A DNA stretch of 64,000 bases from Babesia bigemina (Eukaryota), in assembly GCF_000981445.1 (NCBI RefSeq), contig NC_027218.1, positions 248,001-312,000 of the forward strand. The letters are read 5' to 3'. Shown piece after piece: positions 45,601 through 56,920 of this stretch. The notes beneath the pieces were generated by a model. That model had not been told where the DNA came from, searched no databases, and saw only the letters and a list, made by a program, of their open reading frames with translations. The translations under genes and the position numbers were made by a program. Position 1 is the stretch's first letter, and the number at the start of each line of letters is the position of its first letter.

Positions 45601-48600
45601 ATATGGGTTGTAAGGAACTCAATGGCTCCATCAAACTCAAGGTAACAACATACTGCAATATCATACATGATACAAGAGCTCCCAGAACCTTGTTAATGTG
45701 ATGCATGAAATGCGTTGGATGGAATGTTAAAATCGCGCAACCAAATGCCAACGCCGTGACACAAATTGGTGGTAAAATAGTATATATTGCCGTTTCTTGA
45801 TTGTAACTCACTTTTATAAGGTAATCCAATATCCAACCAAAAATATAATAAAGACCGATTGCCAGAAAAACGGTTCTATACCAGATACGATTTGTTCTAT
45901 AATGATTGCGTCGTTTATGAAGTCTGTAATCAGCCTCTAGTTGCATGTCCTTAAAACGCAACGTAAAACGATCAATTAAATACGATGCGCGTTGGTTTTG
46001 GACGTTAACATCGCTCTGCTGTTTATGCAAGTCCTCTTCAATGTTGTCCTTCGAAAAGCTAGACGAAGAAGTTATTGCAACCGGTTGCGTAACTGACAAA
46101 TCGCCTTCACGCACTCTAAATGGCCTGGCCGCAGGTATCATGCGTATCCAGGAATCCATTCCATGGATATTGAATTCCTTTCTTACCCGTTGCAGCATGT
46201 GATCACACCAATTGTGCACTTGCCGCACGTTCTGAACCATTCCATCAACTGTGGGAAGACTCGTGCCTACAGATTTGGAGCTTTCCGTGGTAGACGGATT
46301 GTTTGACTGAGCTGCACAATAACACATTTGTGTAGACACCCAATGCTTCACATAGTTGGCTATATTCGGCGAAACTAACGCCTGGGTCAAAGCGGATGCC
46401 ACATGAAATACTGCCCCTATTCCCAACCAAACAGGAATTAAAAAATACACGGGTTGCCAGAGCGCAACTTGTAAGGTAGCATTTCTGAGAATTCTGCCTC
46501 CGAACAAAAAGCAAAGGCCAAGAAATGAGGGGGGCATCGCAAAAATGAATACCAAGGTGAATACAATACCGAAGGCGTTGTTCCTAGTGAATGATTCCAT
46601 AAGAAGACGAGTATTGGACATCTGAAGGGTACCTAAGGAACATAATAGTCCAAAAGTTCGCGCACTAATGGTACCTCCACCGCTGAAGATTGGAGATTCC
46701 AAAGTGGTAGTCTGAATACTAAGGTAACAAAATATGGATGACAATATGCCTTCCAAAATCCAAAATCCCAAACGCAGTAAATTAACATGGAAACGACGCC
46801 TACATAACGTATAAAGTATCGGCAAATTTGTTGACATCGGTTCAGACAACGGTCTGTCGAACAAGGCGCAAAAGGTAACCGGAAATGCGGTGAATAGCAG
46901 ATGGAAAAGAAGCTGGACAAAAGAACCGTACAAATCTAAGCCGACCCAATCAGTGTGCCCCTGATAGTAAAAAATCGGCATCACTAAACAAAGGCTTTTG
47001 AAAAAACTCCAATATATAGCTATTGCTATTATCTGAAGAGCATTGCTACCCTGGTAAAACAATAAACTTCTCAGTCCTGCGAAATGCGTAGTTACGAAAT
47101 CAGCATAAGCTGCGGCATCGGGTGTAGAGCCCAATACTGCAACACCAACATGCGCCTCCTGCATCATTTTGACATCATTGAGACCATCGCCTATTGCTAG
47201 TGTCACTGGTGTAGGGGTCAAACGAACCCTAACCAATCTTACAAATTCTGCTTTCTGGCACGGCGTCAAACTGCATGCCAAAACCACGTCGGCGAAGCAC
47301 AGCATGTTGACGAAGTATGTTTGCATCGTACTGTTTGTCAAAAAATCCTTCAAATCCTTTCCATCTACGACTAGGCAAATCTGTTCCGATTGTGTCTTCT
47401 CAGCTCTCTGCTGTAGGAAGGCCTCATAAAGAGCTCCACAATCCTTATGTGGCGAGTCATCCAGTTTGTTGGTAGGCAGCTTGCAATCAAATATACGGCA
47501 CGGATGCACCAGCAATTTCGATAGATACGCTGCCTCAATCGCAGCATGCCGATTATCTCCCGTTGTCATCCATATGCGAATTCCTGCCTCCATTAGCAAA
47601 TCAAGTGTTTCAGGCACTCCTGCCTGAAGCTCATCCTTGAAAGCAACAAATCCTAGATATGTTAGACGTCGTTCAACCATTATTGCAGCTTCTTCGTGAA
47701 GTGTATCTGCACTGTAAACCGAATCTTCCGCATTCGTGAAGTGGCGCTGGTATAACTGTGTTTCCTCCCGAGACAGATCTCTGTATGCGCAAACCAAAAC
47801 ACGGAATCCTGCAGTGGTAAGCTTCTCAATTCGTATTGACAGGGCCGACATATCGCGATGTTCGTCTTCCGTCGTTAGTCTAATGAGATTCATCATGGTG
47901 TCAGCTGAGCCTTTAACGAATATTGTAGAACCATCTTGGTCAGGTCTGGAAGCTACCATTGACATTCGACGTCTTTCAGGACTAAAAGTGTTAAAACCAA
48001 CAATATTCCACTCCTCTTGTAATCCCCGAGCCTCAAGATTGATATGTGACTTGGAGCGATGCGTCAATTTATAACCAAACTCGCGACATATATCCAGCAT
48101 ACACTCATCTTCTTTATGTGGTGACCTGTAATATATCTGGTTGGATCGGCTTGGTCTATGAGGAAACGCATTTGTTGCATATGTCTCCTCACTATCCCCC
48201 TCATTCTCCGCCGCTTCACCACCGAATTCCATTGAATTGTTCATCGAATCCATATCCTTAAGACCGAAATTTAGTGAGTTTAACGGCTCTATATATGATA
48301 CATTTCCAAAATGAATTCTACTCTTGGATGGGCGCAAAGGGTATTGATTGTTGTTTGAAATGCCAAGAGATATATCAGAATTTCCTGAAGCACTGTGTTT
48401 CAACCCTTGAGAACTAGATGTCGTCATGCGTATTGGAGATGTAAATATTTCAAGGCTGGGTGCACTAGTGACGGGCACACTGGCGTTGCATAGGCACATC
48501 AACTTCATCAGTGTGTCGAATCTAGGGTTTTGTTCCAATTCATTCTCTATTTTGCTGTGAATACTGGTCCTGTCGCCTGATGTGTCGAAGGTTTTATTTC

Positions 48601-50059
48601 CTACAGTTATGAGAGATGCCTTTAGATCATTTGACGTCAACGTGCCCGTTTTGTCACAAAAAATTATGTCAACCAAACCCAGTTCATCCAATAGCCCCGA
48701 CGTCATAGGCCACGTGACAGGGAAGACCGTTGTCGTATCTGGTGCATGTTGAAGCGTTTGACCTCTGACATGAACGTCGCTGAAAAACGAGTAATCCGTA
48801 TGTCCGTCATAAATTGTGCTACACGCATAGCGCAAGACATCTACAATTGCTGGTAAGGTCACAGGTATCAGTCCTCCATATAATAAAAAGAACCTAATTA
48901 AAACAAAAAGAAGAGATTCGATGACCAGTGCGGTTCCTTTTTTCCGCCTATCAGAGGCCAAGAGTATGGACCACCTAGTACCCATACTTACTACGAGGCA
49001 TAACACATATATGCAACCTACTATCACCGTAAAATGGTTAATCAAACCTTCTACCGAACCGGATTTTATGCATTGATTCTCCTTTTTAATATTTTGTGCA
49101 ATTTTCGTATCTGGACCTGTATGCGTTATAACACCATACACAGTCCCGGTATTCCTAATTATGCTGCCCTTCATCACAAAATTATGTATGTACAAGTTTT
49201 TAGGTCGTGGGTGGCCTTTGAGTCTTAGTGCGCCAACGAAGCTGTCAAGGTCGGCCGATGGCCTATCGCAGACAATTTGCCCACGTATGTTGGCGAATGA
49301 ATGTACAGAAGCTTCAACCTTTGCATCTTTAGTACATACCTTCACCTTAAGATCTCTTTTGCCATCAACAAATGTGGTATCTATATGTACCTGGCCATCC
49401 GGATTGCTACAAGCCAATATTATCATGTCTGCTGGTACCTGTTCATCACAGGTTAGTTTTACTATGTTTCCCACAACTAAATCACACACCCTGACTTTCT
49501 TCAGACGAGGTTTCCCTGTTTGTAGAACGTGACATCTTTTGAAATCAATGCATTTCCCAACAACGAAGCGTTTCATCGCATCAAAACCGCTGGTGAGAAA
49601 TGAAATGGAAAACGATGTTAGCAATACCGCTCCATGACTATACCACGATAGTTTTGGTGATCCCTTGCGCAGCAACACCGGCGATATGATGTTAAGGATT
49701 ATACTTACCGCTCCCCATATGTATGGAACGCGTTTTGCGTTGCTACAAATTATTAAAAATACATGCTTAGCCAATGCCCAACGCTGAGTATGCTGCTCGT
49801 TTCCCATAAAACGATGTATATCATCCGAAAGCACGGGATTTATCTTCAAGCACCTAGATTCCCATTCTGGCTGTAGTTTAGTACCGAAACATAAGTTCTG
49901 ACGCTTCGTTATCAGTTCATCCTTGTTATAGCTCGTAATTATGTGTCTTCCATCATATCTTTGCCCTGACCGACGCTTATTGCCGCCTCTATAGAACGGG
50001 ACCCGTGTAACAACACCATTTGCAGGATAATTACTTACGTCATTATTACTGTCCATCAT
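42695..50059 (-). CDS. GC: Guanylate cyclase with N-terminal P4-ATPase-like domain (apicomplexan GC-alpha type), single ORF
   Basis: DKTGTLT (48641-48655), TGDN, GDGLND, then two TM blocks and two cyclase domains (KIETVFETY...YALFGDTVNTASRM; FSDIVGFT...TIGDAY...RYDLWG). First ATG at 50059. Confidence 0.96.
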   Translation of the reverse strand: MMDSNNDVSNYPANGVVTRVPFYRGGNKRRSGQRYDGRHIITSYNKDELITKRQNLCFGTKLQPEWESRCLKINPVLSDDIHRFMGNEQHTQRWALAKHVFLIICSNAKRVPYIWGAVSIILNIISPVLLRKGSPKLSWYSHGAVLLTSFSISFLTSGFDAMKRFVVGKCIDFKRCHVLQTGKPRLKKVRVCDLVVGNIVKLTCDEQVPADMIILACSNPDGQVHIDTTFVDGKRDLKVKVCTKDAKVEASVHSFANIRGQIVCDRPSADLDSFVGALRLKGHPRPKNLYIHNFVMKGSIIRNTGTVYGVITHTGPDTKIAQNIKKENQCIKSGSVEGLINHFTVIVGCIYVLCLVVSMGTRWSILLASDRRKKGTALVIESLLFVLIRFFLLYGGLIPVTLPAIVDVLRYACSTIYDGHTDYSFFSDVHVRGQTLQHAPDTTTVFPVTWPMTSGLLDELGLVDIIFCDKTGTLTSNDLKASLITVGNKTFDTSGDRTSIHSKIENELEQNPRFDTLMKLMCLCNASVPVTSAPSLEIFTSPIRMTTSSSQGLKHSASGNSDISLGISNNNQYPLRPSKSRIHFGNVSYIEPLNSLNFGLKDMDSMNNSMEFGGEAAENEGDSEETYATNAFPHRPSRSNQIYYRSPHKEDECMLDICREFGYKLTHRSKSHINLEARGLQEEWNIVGFNTFSPERRRMSMVASRPDQDGSTIFVKGSADTMMNLIRLTTEDEHRDMSALSIRIEKLTTAGFRVLVCAYRDLSREETQLYQRHFTNAEDSVYSADTLHEEAAIMVERRLTYLGFVAFKDELQAGVPETLDLLMEAGIRIWMTTGDNRHAAIEAAYLSKLLVHPCRIFDCKLPTNKLDDSPHKDCGALYEAFLQQRAEKTQSEQICLVVDGKDLKDFLTNSTMQTYFVNMLCFADVVLACSLTPCQKAEFVRLVRVRLTPTPVTLAIGDGLNDVKMMQEAHVGVAVLGSTPDAAAYADFVTTHFAGLRSLLFYQGSNALQIIAIAIYWSFFKSLCLVMPIFYYQGHTDWVGLDLYGSFVQLLFHLLFTAFPVTFCALFDRPLSEPMSTNLPILYTLCRRRFHVNLLRLGFWILEGILSSIFCYLSIQTTTLESPIFSGGGTISARTFGLLCSLGTLQMSNTRLLMESFTRNNAFGIVFTLVFIFAMPPSFLGLCFLFGGRILRNATLQVALWQPVYFLIPVWLGIGAVFHVASALTQALVSPNIANYVKHWVSTQMCYCAAQSNNPSTTESSKSVGTSLPTVDGMVQNVRQVHNWCDHMLQRVRKEFNIHGMDSWIRMIPAARPFRVREGDLSVTQPVAITSSSSFSKDNIEEDLHKQQSDVNVQNQRASYLIDRFTLRFKDMQLEADYRLHKRRNHYRTNRIWYRTVFLAIGLYYIFGWILDYLIKVSYNQETAIYTILPPICVTALAFGCAILTFHPTHFMHHINKVLGALVSCMILQYVVTLSLMEPLSSLQPILFPIFTFVILHITFIYALLANAIFVVSTIRSVDKSIHTVPLFIGINVFVAFVGYRLEYNNRKNFLFEFSARNARKKQSELLNTMLPNFVVSKMINARLNEDGIPIGFEAEEHAVVSVLFCDVYHFQNLVATVEPTTLVELLDSLFLAFDRCAEQFGATKIETVFETYLAACGLSRGIAPCPYESAANAIDMALAMMEASKQIHYSYISECHDGSYMEQSESVLVKIGINSGKVISGLVGAKKPQYALFGDTVNTASRMKSMGEVGYIHITDDTYNLVKADSTLTFSHRETFVKGKGMMKTHLLISAEGSAYPNFESVDTCGTANVYRANTSDEMGSRDVPVAKIGEGIVDHERGARNKSPENNNILFECLDKSHSLNISDDICLRSSVDTAIPAVAHANDYERSCSRKLRISAAVGALTEEDDGVFLKDQPGLLRHCSMYSTGAASTNSVQSRASRCLNFLRRANTMALRHNTLSASSPIHSSSFTRQNAQDEDDEINSGIDGSDMRMKTKEWIMLKFTDKLQEDRYRSHFYHNRANINTIEQTLVIFLITFVAQSILEIAIPRSFEDDSNMERLLFIKYVQYWTVRSVYITLVFVMWLLFHFNSFSRRSESNTTMWLTFFLNLLFVSAACIFALSNSWAVAGSGVYSQYLNLWLPSDSIEFYFYIVVLHHSSGMLFQTCLLVDTLFVIISMTFISSSVVQTATTSITLCSIPCYIVFNLISAHCKEAIDRRAFHSNEKARMIEARVGQMLNDMLPKSVLEEFKSDKLKMSYCHEKMSFLFSDIVGFTLWANSVDACEVIALLQRLFARFDRNSTKFGLYKLCTIGDAYVAVSEPAIEVPSDQEAIANIEGILQMAYSMIRTIQDVREAFNIPGLNMRIGLHYGCSVGGVVGSGRLRYDLWGMDIHTANAMESNGIPGKVCVSERLKLILMTNFPNRFDFTFNNDIQVIDRCVRSYILTTDSSDSSAF

Positions 50060-51765
50060 TTGTATAAATAGCTTGTACGTATGACATTCGTGGTCAGCAA
50101 TATGGCATTGATATGCAAAAAACTGTCTATCGTAATACAACCGTATTTACAAGGTTGGGCATGGTTTATAAGCCACTTGAAGCTCTCACCAGTTGCTGTT
50201 TCAATAGACACCCATAATTGACAACATATGTAGTCGGTTTGCTTACTCTCAACGAATAGTAAGATGCGACATCTCATCAATACATGTAAGGCTTAAAGAA
50301 AATGGGCATGAAGATATCTCCTCTCCTACGGTGTGGCAACTAAATACCATATCCAACGCTTAGAACGTATGTATAAAAGAAGGTTAGGAAGAATGCGCTA
50401 CATCGCAAGAGGTCGTCCATAAATGTCCATGATATATGATCGTAAATCTCCAACAAGTGACAAAGTAGTATCAAAATAGAGCGAGGCGCATACCTATACT
50501 TGATTATTAATCCTATTTGGTACTACATTTCAAAACGTTTTATGAGATACAATCCATCATATCAAAAAGTGATGACAAAAGAGTATCCGCAAAAGAAGGG
50601 AGTGTGTATCCTGTAAAAGTTGAAATCCAATGTTTAGACAGCAACTATATGTATCATTCGTCAAAAAAGTGTCAACAATATTTACAAATTGTAAAGATGT
50701 GTCTCCGAATCAAGCACTTGTGTGAATGAGCCTTCAGCATCGCACATAGCAGTAGTTACTACACAGCGGTCCTAACATAGGTTCATCCACACACATTTGT
50801 TGAGTCTGTTGCGCATGATGGCATCTGTATCATGTAATTTTGTTCCGCGTTGACGCTTATAAATATATTTTCGGTTTTGGGGGAAACGCCACGCCGTTCG
50901 GCGATTTTTGTTCGTGAATATATCGATACTCCGTACCCTGCATACGAGCACCTAGAGTATGATTCGTTGTTCTGGTATGTTATTTAAACGATATAGCCGG
51001 GTTTTCATATTAAGACCCTTCACGCCACCGCAGTTGGACATCGTAAAATATGAACTCAAATTAGCTCAATACGTGGCAAAGTTCAAACGTCAGTGTGTGT
51101 ATTACTTGTAGAAGTGCCTATGTTGCAAGTTTCCTTGGTCTACACGCCAATCCTCTGTATCAGCTGAGGACTCTGTAACTGTGTGTAACGGACCGTTGAG
51201 GTGTATTGGGGGATGTTGTCAATTTAAATATACTCCCAAGTAGCAAATAATAAGCTTCTACTATATTCACATATACACCTATTCAACCGTAAAGGTGACT
51301 ACTGTGTGAGAGGGTGGACAATCCACATAGGGTCATCCCAGGGAGTAGGACGCGCGTTCAGTGATTTGTTAAATATTATGCGTGACGGGCGTATAATTTC
51401 ACAAAATAGTAATGCATTTGTTCATAATAATCATGGATGGATAGCAGATAGCTTGCATTGGTAGGCTTCCTTGCGTATAATGCTATAAGTCCAATCTTTA
51501 CCGTTCAGTTTTTGAAGTATCAAAACTTGTATATTGGTACGCATACTGGGATACGCGTGGCGACAATACACGTTGGAGGCGGTTGTGGCGGCGGCCAAAT
51601 ACCCTTAATTGGTGCATAGGCTTGCTCACTTTTCAGCTTACCAGGAAATTCGCATCACATGACTCTTTAGCTTAATGCGGTATCATGTAAACAAAACATA
51701 TGCAATGATGTCTTCGTATATCGTCCAGGAATTCTTGTTAGTCTGACCTATATTGATGCAGCGCT

Positions 51766-52996
51766 ATGGATGTTCAGAGGCACTTAAGAAGTATATTCCA
51801 ACGTCTATTGTCATGTCTAATTAAAACATCGTGCGCTGAACGCATTTTGCTCAATTATGGTTTTTTGGATCACCTATGGGCTCTGATTAGTGCGCCGTCT
51901 GGTTTAGAATGCAGCATATGCAATCCAGAAGCCATTATAGCATTTGAAGGCCAGTACGGCGAACTGCTCGCATCCTTAGTAAGTGATAGTCACCACGTAT
52001 GTTGATGCGCTGCAAGGGAATCACCGATCCGTCTAAAGAGTGGCAGTCTATTGATAGTTTGGTAGACACACTTGCGGTGCAATTAGAAATAGGCGTCAAA
52101 TACAGGAAATATCTGGAAGATGCCCTATTACAAATTTTCAAAAAAAACCGAGACGTCCGTAGGCTTGATTTTCTAGCCGGTATAAAAGTGGATCAAAGCA
52201 ACGCCGAGCACTGCCTGGTATGTCTCTCTATGCATTGGAAGTGGCACTAGGTAAAGTGAGTAATTGTAATTCATAATATGGTGCATATTACATCTGTTAT
52301 TGAGATGTTTGGTGTATGTATCCTTGTCACACTCTGCATTGACGTTATCTATGTCATTCCAACTAATATAAGAGCAGCTCTTACACGAGTCATGGGCAGC
52401 ACTGGACGATCGTCCTATGCCAGAATCTTTTGGTGTCACTAAATCAATAGGCAAGGAGGATGACAATTTGTCAAGTTGGGGCGATCTTGGATTTCAAGCA
52501 CCGCTAACAGACTTTAGAATGACTGGAGTTCTCGGACTGCAAAGCCTGCATTTTGTTGCTACAAGGCATAAGAAGCGAGCCAGAGAAATTCTTCATCTGT
52601 CAAGAAGTTTGCAGGCATGGTTTCCATTTGCTCTTACCAGTATAAATGTTACTGCATGGGTCCTTGAAGATTTCAGGCACAATAAGCTTGGACCCTTCTC
52701 TTACCACAATGATCTGCAAGCTGTTGAATTGTTTTATATGTTGCACACATATTATTTTTTCTCCTTCGTGAATTATTGGAGGAAACATGCAACAAGCATA
52801 TTTGATTTCAAATCGGTAAGTCGGGGAATTGGATGTCACAAAATATCAGATTTCTGTCGAATTCAGGAAAGAAATCGGAGAAGAAACATTTGCCATCATT
52901 CGGCGAATTATAAGCGATAAAAGTTTGGGCGAAACCAGATACTACGGATCGACGTTATTAAATGCCATTGGAGAGACATTCTTAGCTGGTGTTTGA
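51766..52996 (+). CDS. ELMO/CED-12 domain protein (ELMOD-type ARL/ARF GAP), four exons
   Basis: WGDLGFQ-PLTDFRMTGVLGL and FPFALTSINVT; splice NAEHCL|LLHESW. Confidence 0.88.
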
Positions 52997-53761
52997 AACG
53001 GTGGAGTATTACATATGTGTATTTCAAGTTGAATAGTATCGTATGTTGATACGTTCGCCTTGAGTGGATGTTCGCTCATGATACAGTTTCATTCCCTGGG
53101 CGCTATTGGCGTAGGGTGTGCGCCATTCAGTTACCGGACTTATTGGATATCAGTCCTATGGACCGTTGAACTTCCTCATAGTACTTCTTTACAGAGAACA
53201 GCGACTAAACGATCCACGTGACTGAGAACCCAACAATCGACACCAACAAACAGCAAATGCGTGCTTACATCTGTAGTGAAAAACTGCATCTAAATTTAAG
53301 AGATTACGCTAAACATCTCATTTGCTAAGTAATAGAATCTGCAAATTCATGCCCCATGCACGCAGCAGCTATTTAGCGTTTCGATCACAAAAAAGCTACC
53401 CAACTATGTCAAACGTCACGGACGACCCATCCACATACGTACGTGTGAAGTCGTATACAGTATTAGTTACAAAGTGTGGAGTTCCACGCCTCCGTCGGAT
53501 AGTAGAGCCTCCAAGCGTGCGGCGTTGAAACAAAAGCACGCCAAATTACATAGTGAATGCGGTTATTTACGTAACTATTTTTGCCCTCATTAAACAGTAT
53601 CAGTACAATGTATGACGAGGGAATACATTGTGGTGTCTGTGGTTACATTTAATGACTTGCATGTATTTTGTGAGTGTACTTATGGCGACTACCGGGTGTG
53701 GAGTAAAAATTACCAGCTAGTTATGTTCGAGTTTCTTTGACAGATTACCTACATGGCCTTC

Positions 53762-54514
53762 TCAATAAAAAGTCCAGCATCCGGCAAGGTCGTAGATTTT
53801 GTCCAATAAATGTAGATCTACACCTTTCAGAGCATTGCGTACAGCTAGACTCCTCATCTCAGCTTGTAATTCCGGCTATTCGTAACCGCCAACAACTCCC
53901 CCGTAGGCTTAATTTTAGTAGGGTACAGCCACATTGCAAAATCCAGCTCTGCTCGCAACCAAAGGGGCTATTAGACCTGCGTACAACATGGGCGCAATAC
54001 CCACGAAGACGGCTGCAAAATCTTCCGGCTTTTCCGAACATGATGCGTCCGACGTCGCTTCTGAATTGTAAGCGGACTCATAGTAGTCAGGGTTTTTGAT
54101 ATGATGCAAAAACGTCTTACATCCATCCACAATCTCACCTATGTTCTCCGCGATGTTTTCAGCAGTGAGACCCTTTGTCTCTATGACGTTCTCGTAATCG
54201 CTGTCTACGATGCGCCCAAACAACCTGTGGCAAAAGCCTACTTTTCTCATAGGCTTATTGAATCTCCTCAGTATCGCTCTCACGGCCCGCCGATTCCGAA
54301 GCTCAGGTTTCTCCAGGAACTCTTTGGTAATAAGTTTAACTTCTTCGAGAGCTGACACCTCCATCTTGCCCGCAGGCTTGTCCGCAAGAAAGTTGTACAG
54401 TGCGGTGCCTATAGCCTTCAAATTGCTTGCAGCATTGGTTCCCCTCAGGGCTCTCAGACAGTCAATATCCTCCTGTGGGTTACGAGGGACCTCCGTCAAC
54501 GAACTGTACGCCTT
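53762..54514 (-). pseudogene. ves-related short multigene family member, pseudogene
   Basis: AAG in place of ATG before AYSSLTEVPRN; YESAYNSEAT; VFVGIAPMLYAGL. In-frame stops at 53915, 53909 and 53876; the frame continues to ...IYDLAGCWTFY*. Confidence 0.75.
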
Positions 54515-55621
54515 TTTGTAAAGAATCAGTTAATTAGGAATATTCTATAAACGTGAATCTTGCTCTACTCACGGCACAGTTATTTCAAAAGGTTGTACCA
54601 AAAAGGCTTATAATCGCAACAGTGAGGCTCCCATATAATATACACGCACCTGAACGAAGTTTCCAAGCCATATGTACACCAATCATCATATCGTGAGAAG
54701 CGCAATGGCAACGACTAGGCAGTTTGTCAATTAGGTTCATACCATTGACATGGCATATAGTATCTACAATGCGTGTCATAAACGTTTACAATAATGGCAC
54801 ACACTGTAGCCCTATATATTATCACATTCGCACAGGCGCACGCAAGTTTGTAAGGTTAGCATGGATTGAGGACAGAATATTAGAGTGTACGTAGCCCTGT
54901 GTACATCGAGGTGGAGAGTATCCTTGCGCAACTCGGCACCACGATTTCGACTGTTCTCTAGCCGCATCACCATTCTGTAATAAGCTCATCGGGCTAGTCG
55001 TATTGTCGACTATGTTAGCAGTCCTTACTTTTGGCGTTGATGAACAACGACTTGTGTTTACGATCTGCTGGTACCGCACGATGCCGCCGTCAAGACTTAG
55101 GCCCCCCGGATTCCTTGACAAGTTGATCAGTTACCACTAAACTTACTGTCTGTCTACATAATGTCACGCCTATTCCACTACGAAGCAGTTCTAATGGTAC
55201 CGCTCAATAATTCGAACTTTATCCATCCTACGCTTATACAACAGTGTAGGTGGAATTAAATCACTCATGATGTTCTGCAACGTATTGCTGGTTTTCCTTG
55301 TTACATTGGTGATATATCATCAAAGTTTCTCAATGCATAGACGTCTGAAACCTAGCTCTTATCTTCTGGTAATGTGCCATATTCAACACAAAACAGCGCA
55401 TTCCACGTCATTGGCCAGCTCTCCAAATTGGCAAGCACTATCTTTCGAATACTGCGTATTGCACATGTATTCATGCTGTTCAAACTGCAGCACGCATTCA
55501 GGCGTAACGTCACAACCAATGCTCGAAGATATGTAACTCATTATTGAGCTGGGAATTATGTACCGTTATGTCTAGTATCCATAATTGATTTCATTTTCAA
55601 TATGACTAGCATGCCACCTAT

Positions 55622-56920
55622 GCATCCTGTCGCACTTCCTCACCCAGCCCATCAGGTTGCAGGCCGTGGATGAGCCCGGTGACGCCTGTTGAGGCGCTTC
55701 GCCGTTGTGAGTATGCTTAGACGTGCCCGTGCAGAGCAAATAGTGTATTGCGCGGCGAATACACAGGGCGTGGAAGGAATGTATCCCGCTCGCTTTTTTA
55801 TTGATTGTCCCGCGGCGGCCGCTGTCGGCGTGGCGGCCCATCCACTTTGGTGGAGTACCTGCATTCCACTGGCAGATTTAATTTGGTGCTCTTAGTCGCG
55901 TGTCAGGCGCATCGCCAAGGTTTCTAAATGTGAGCAGCGGTATTGGGTGATGTGGCACACCTCCCTCGATCCGGCAGGTGCGATGAGCAACAGGGGATGC
56001 TGCCGTGTGGCTCCAACTTAGGATGTTACACGGCCCCATTGACAACCGTGTTAGTTGCAGACACATATGATAACAGTACGATGCGTTGTTGACTTGGCTA
56101 CCGCAATTATTACCACCAGCCCAAGGTACACTTGCACTGGTACCAAAAGGCAGGTCCTCATCAACAAGCGAAACCAATTTATTCGCATCATTCACCGAAG
56201 TGTCATCGTATATGAGCTAATCAATACTGTGAGTCGTAGTTCTCGATTTGGATGGTGGAGCGAGTGACACCCTTGACAGTGACGCATCGGCATTCAAGTG
56301 ACGGCGAGTGGCGCAGGGTCTCTCCGGGTCCTAAACGGTCGGCGTTGACGTTCAGTGTGACAAAGTGATTAGTGCGCAAAGCTACCAACGAATAGCTGAG
56401 ACCGGCTAGGTGCTTCACTTTGCCGTTCACGGAGACCTGGTCGAAGCAGTTGGGCGGGTCCAGCACGTAAGGAGCCGGGCACTAGAAGGCCGCATTGCCC
56501 GCAGCATGGAGGCCTATCTTGCAACCAATTCCTCTGCCGTAGGCGTCGTAGACACTGGTCGTCTCAGGCTTGAAAAGCTCAGTGGATGCGTATGCAACAC
56601 CGCAGCCTTGTAGGCAGGGGTCCGTGGTCTCGGCGTGAACTTCCACGACGTCCCCAGTGTATTGCTTAGTAGTTGTTACGGTATGATGATTCGTTGAGGT
56701 AATCTACGGTATGAGAGATCCGCTAGTCGACACGTTGCCAATTGATACGTTGTCTAATGTGTGAGATGGTGGACAGGGACAGAAGTCATCGCGAGACCAT
56801 GAGTGCTGCTCTCACCCAAGCTGGGTGGTAGCACAAATGACAAAAACGGCATTCAGAAACAGTACGCCGTGGAATCGGCAGCCTAATCATGCATTAATTA
56901 AAGTCGTTCTCTGACACCAA
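55622..56920. repeat. 1.3 kb segmental duplication, copy 1
   Basis: Nearly identical to 59960-61258 (offset 4338); I spotted only four substitutions. Confidence 0.95.
56221..56850 (-). pseudogene. 6-Cys (s48/45-like) gene 3' fragment, pseudogene copy 1
   Basis: TTDPCLQGCGV...ELFKPET...GCKI...AAF*CPAPYVLDPPNCFDQV...LECRCVTVKG...TIQIENY; stops at 56482 and 56704. Confidence 0.75.

Noticed and set aside
50060..50140. N-terminal extension of the guanylate cyclase in the ORF track
   Set aside because: It starts at TTG; the first ATG is at 50059. Similar non-ATG extensions were trimmed for RBM22, ATP11, PIG-F and others.
54961..55130. Signal-peptide-like stretch (KLIGLVVLSTMLAVLTFG) suggesting a SmORF-like remnant
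   Set aside because: No suitable upstream ATG and no supporting family motif.
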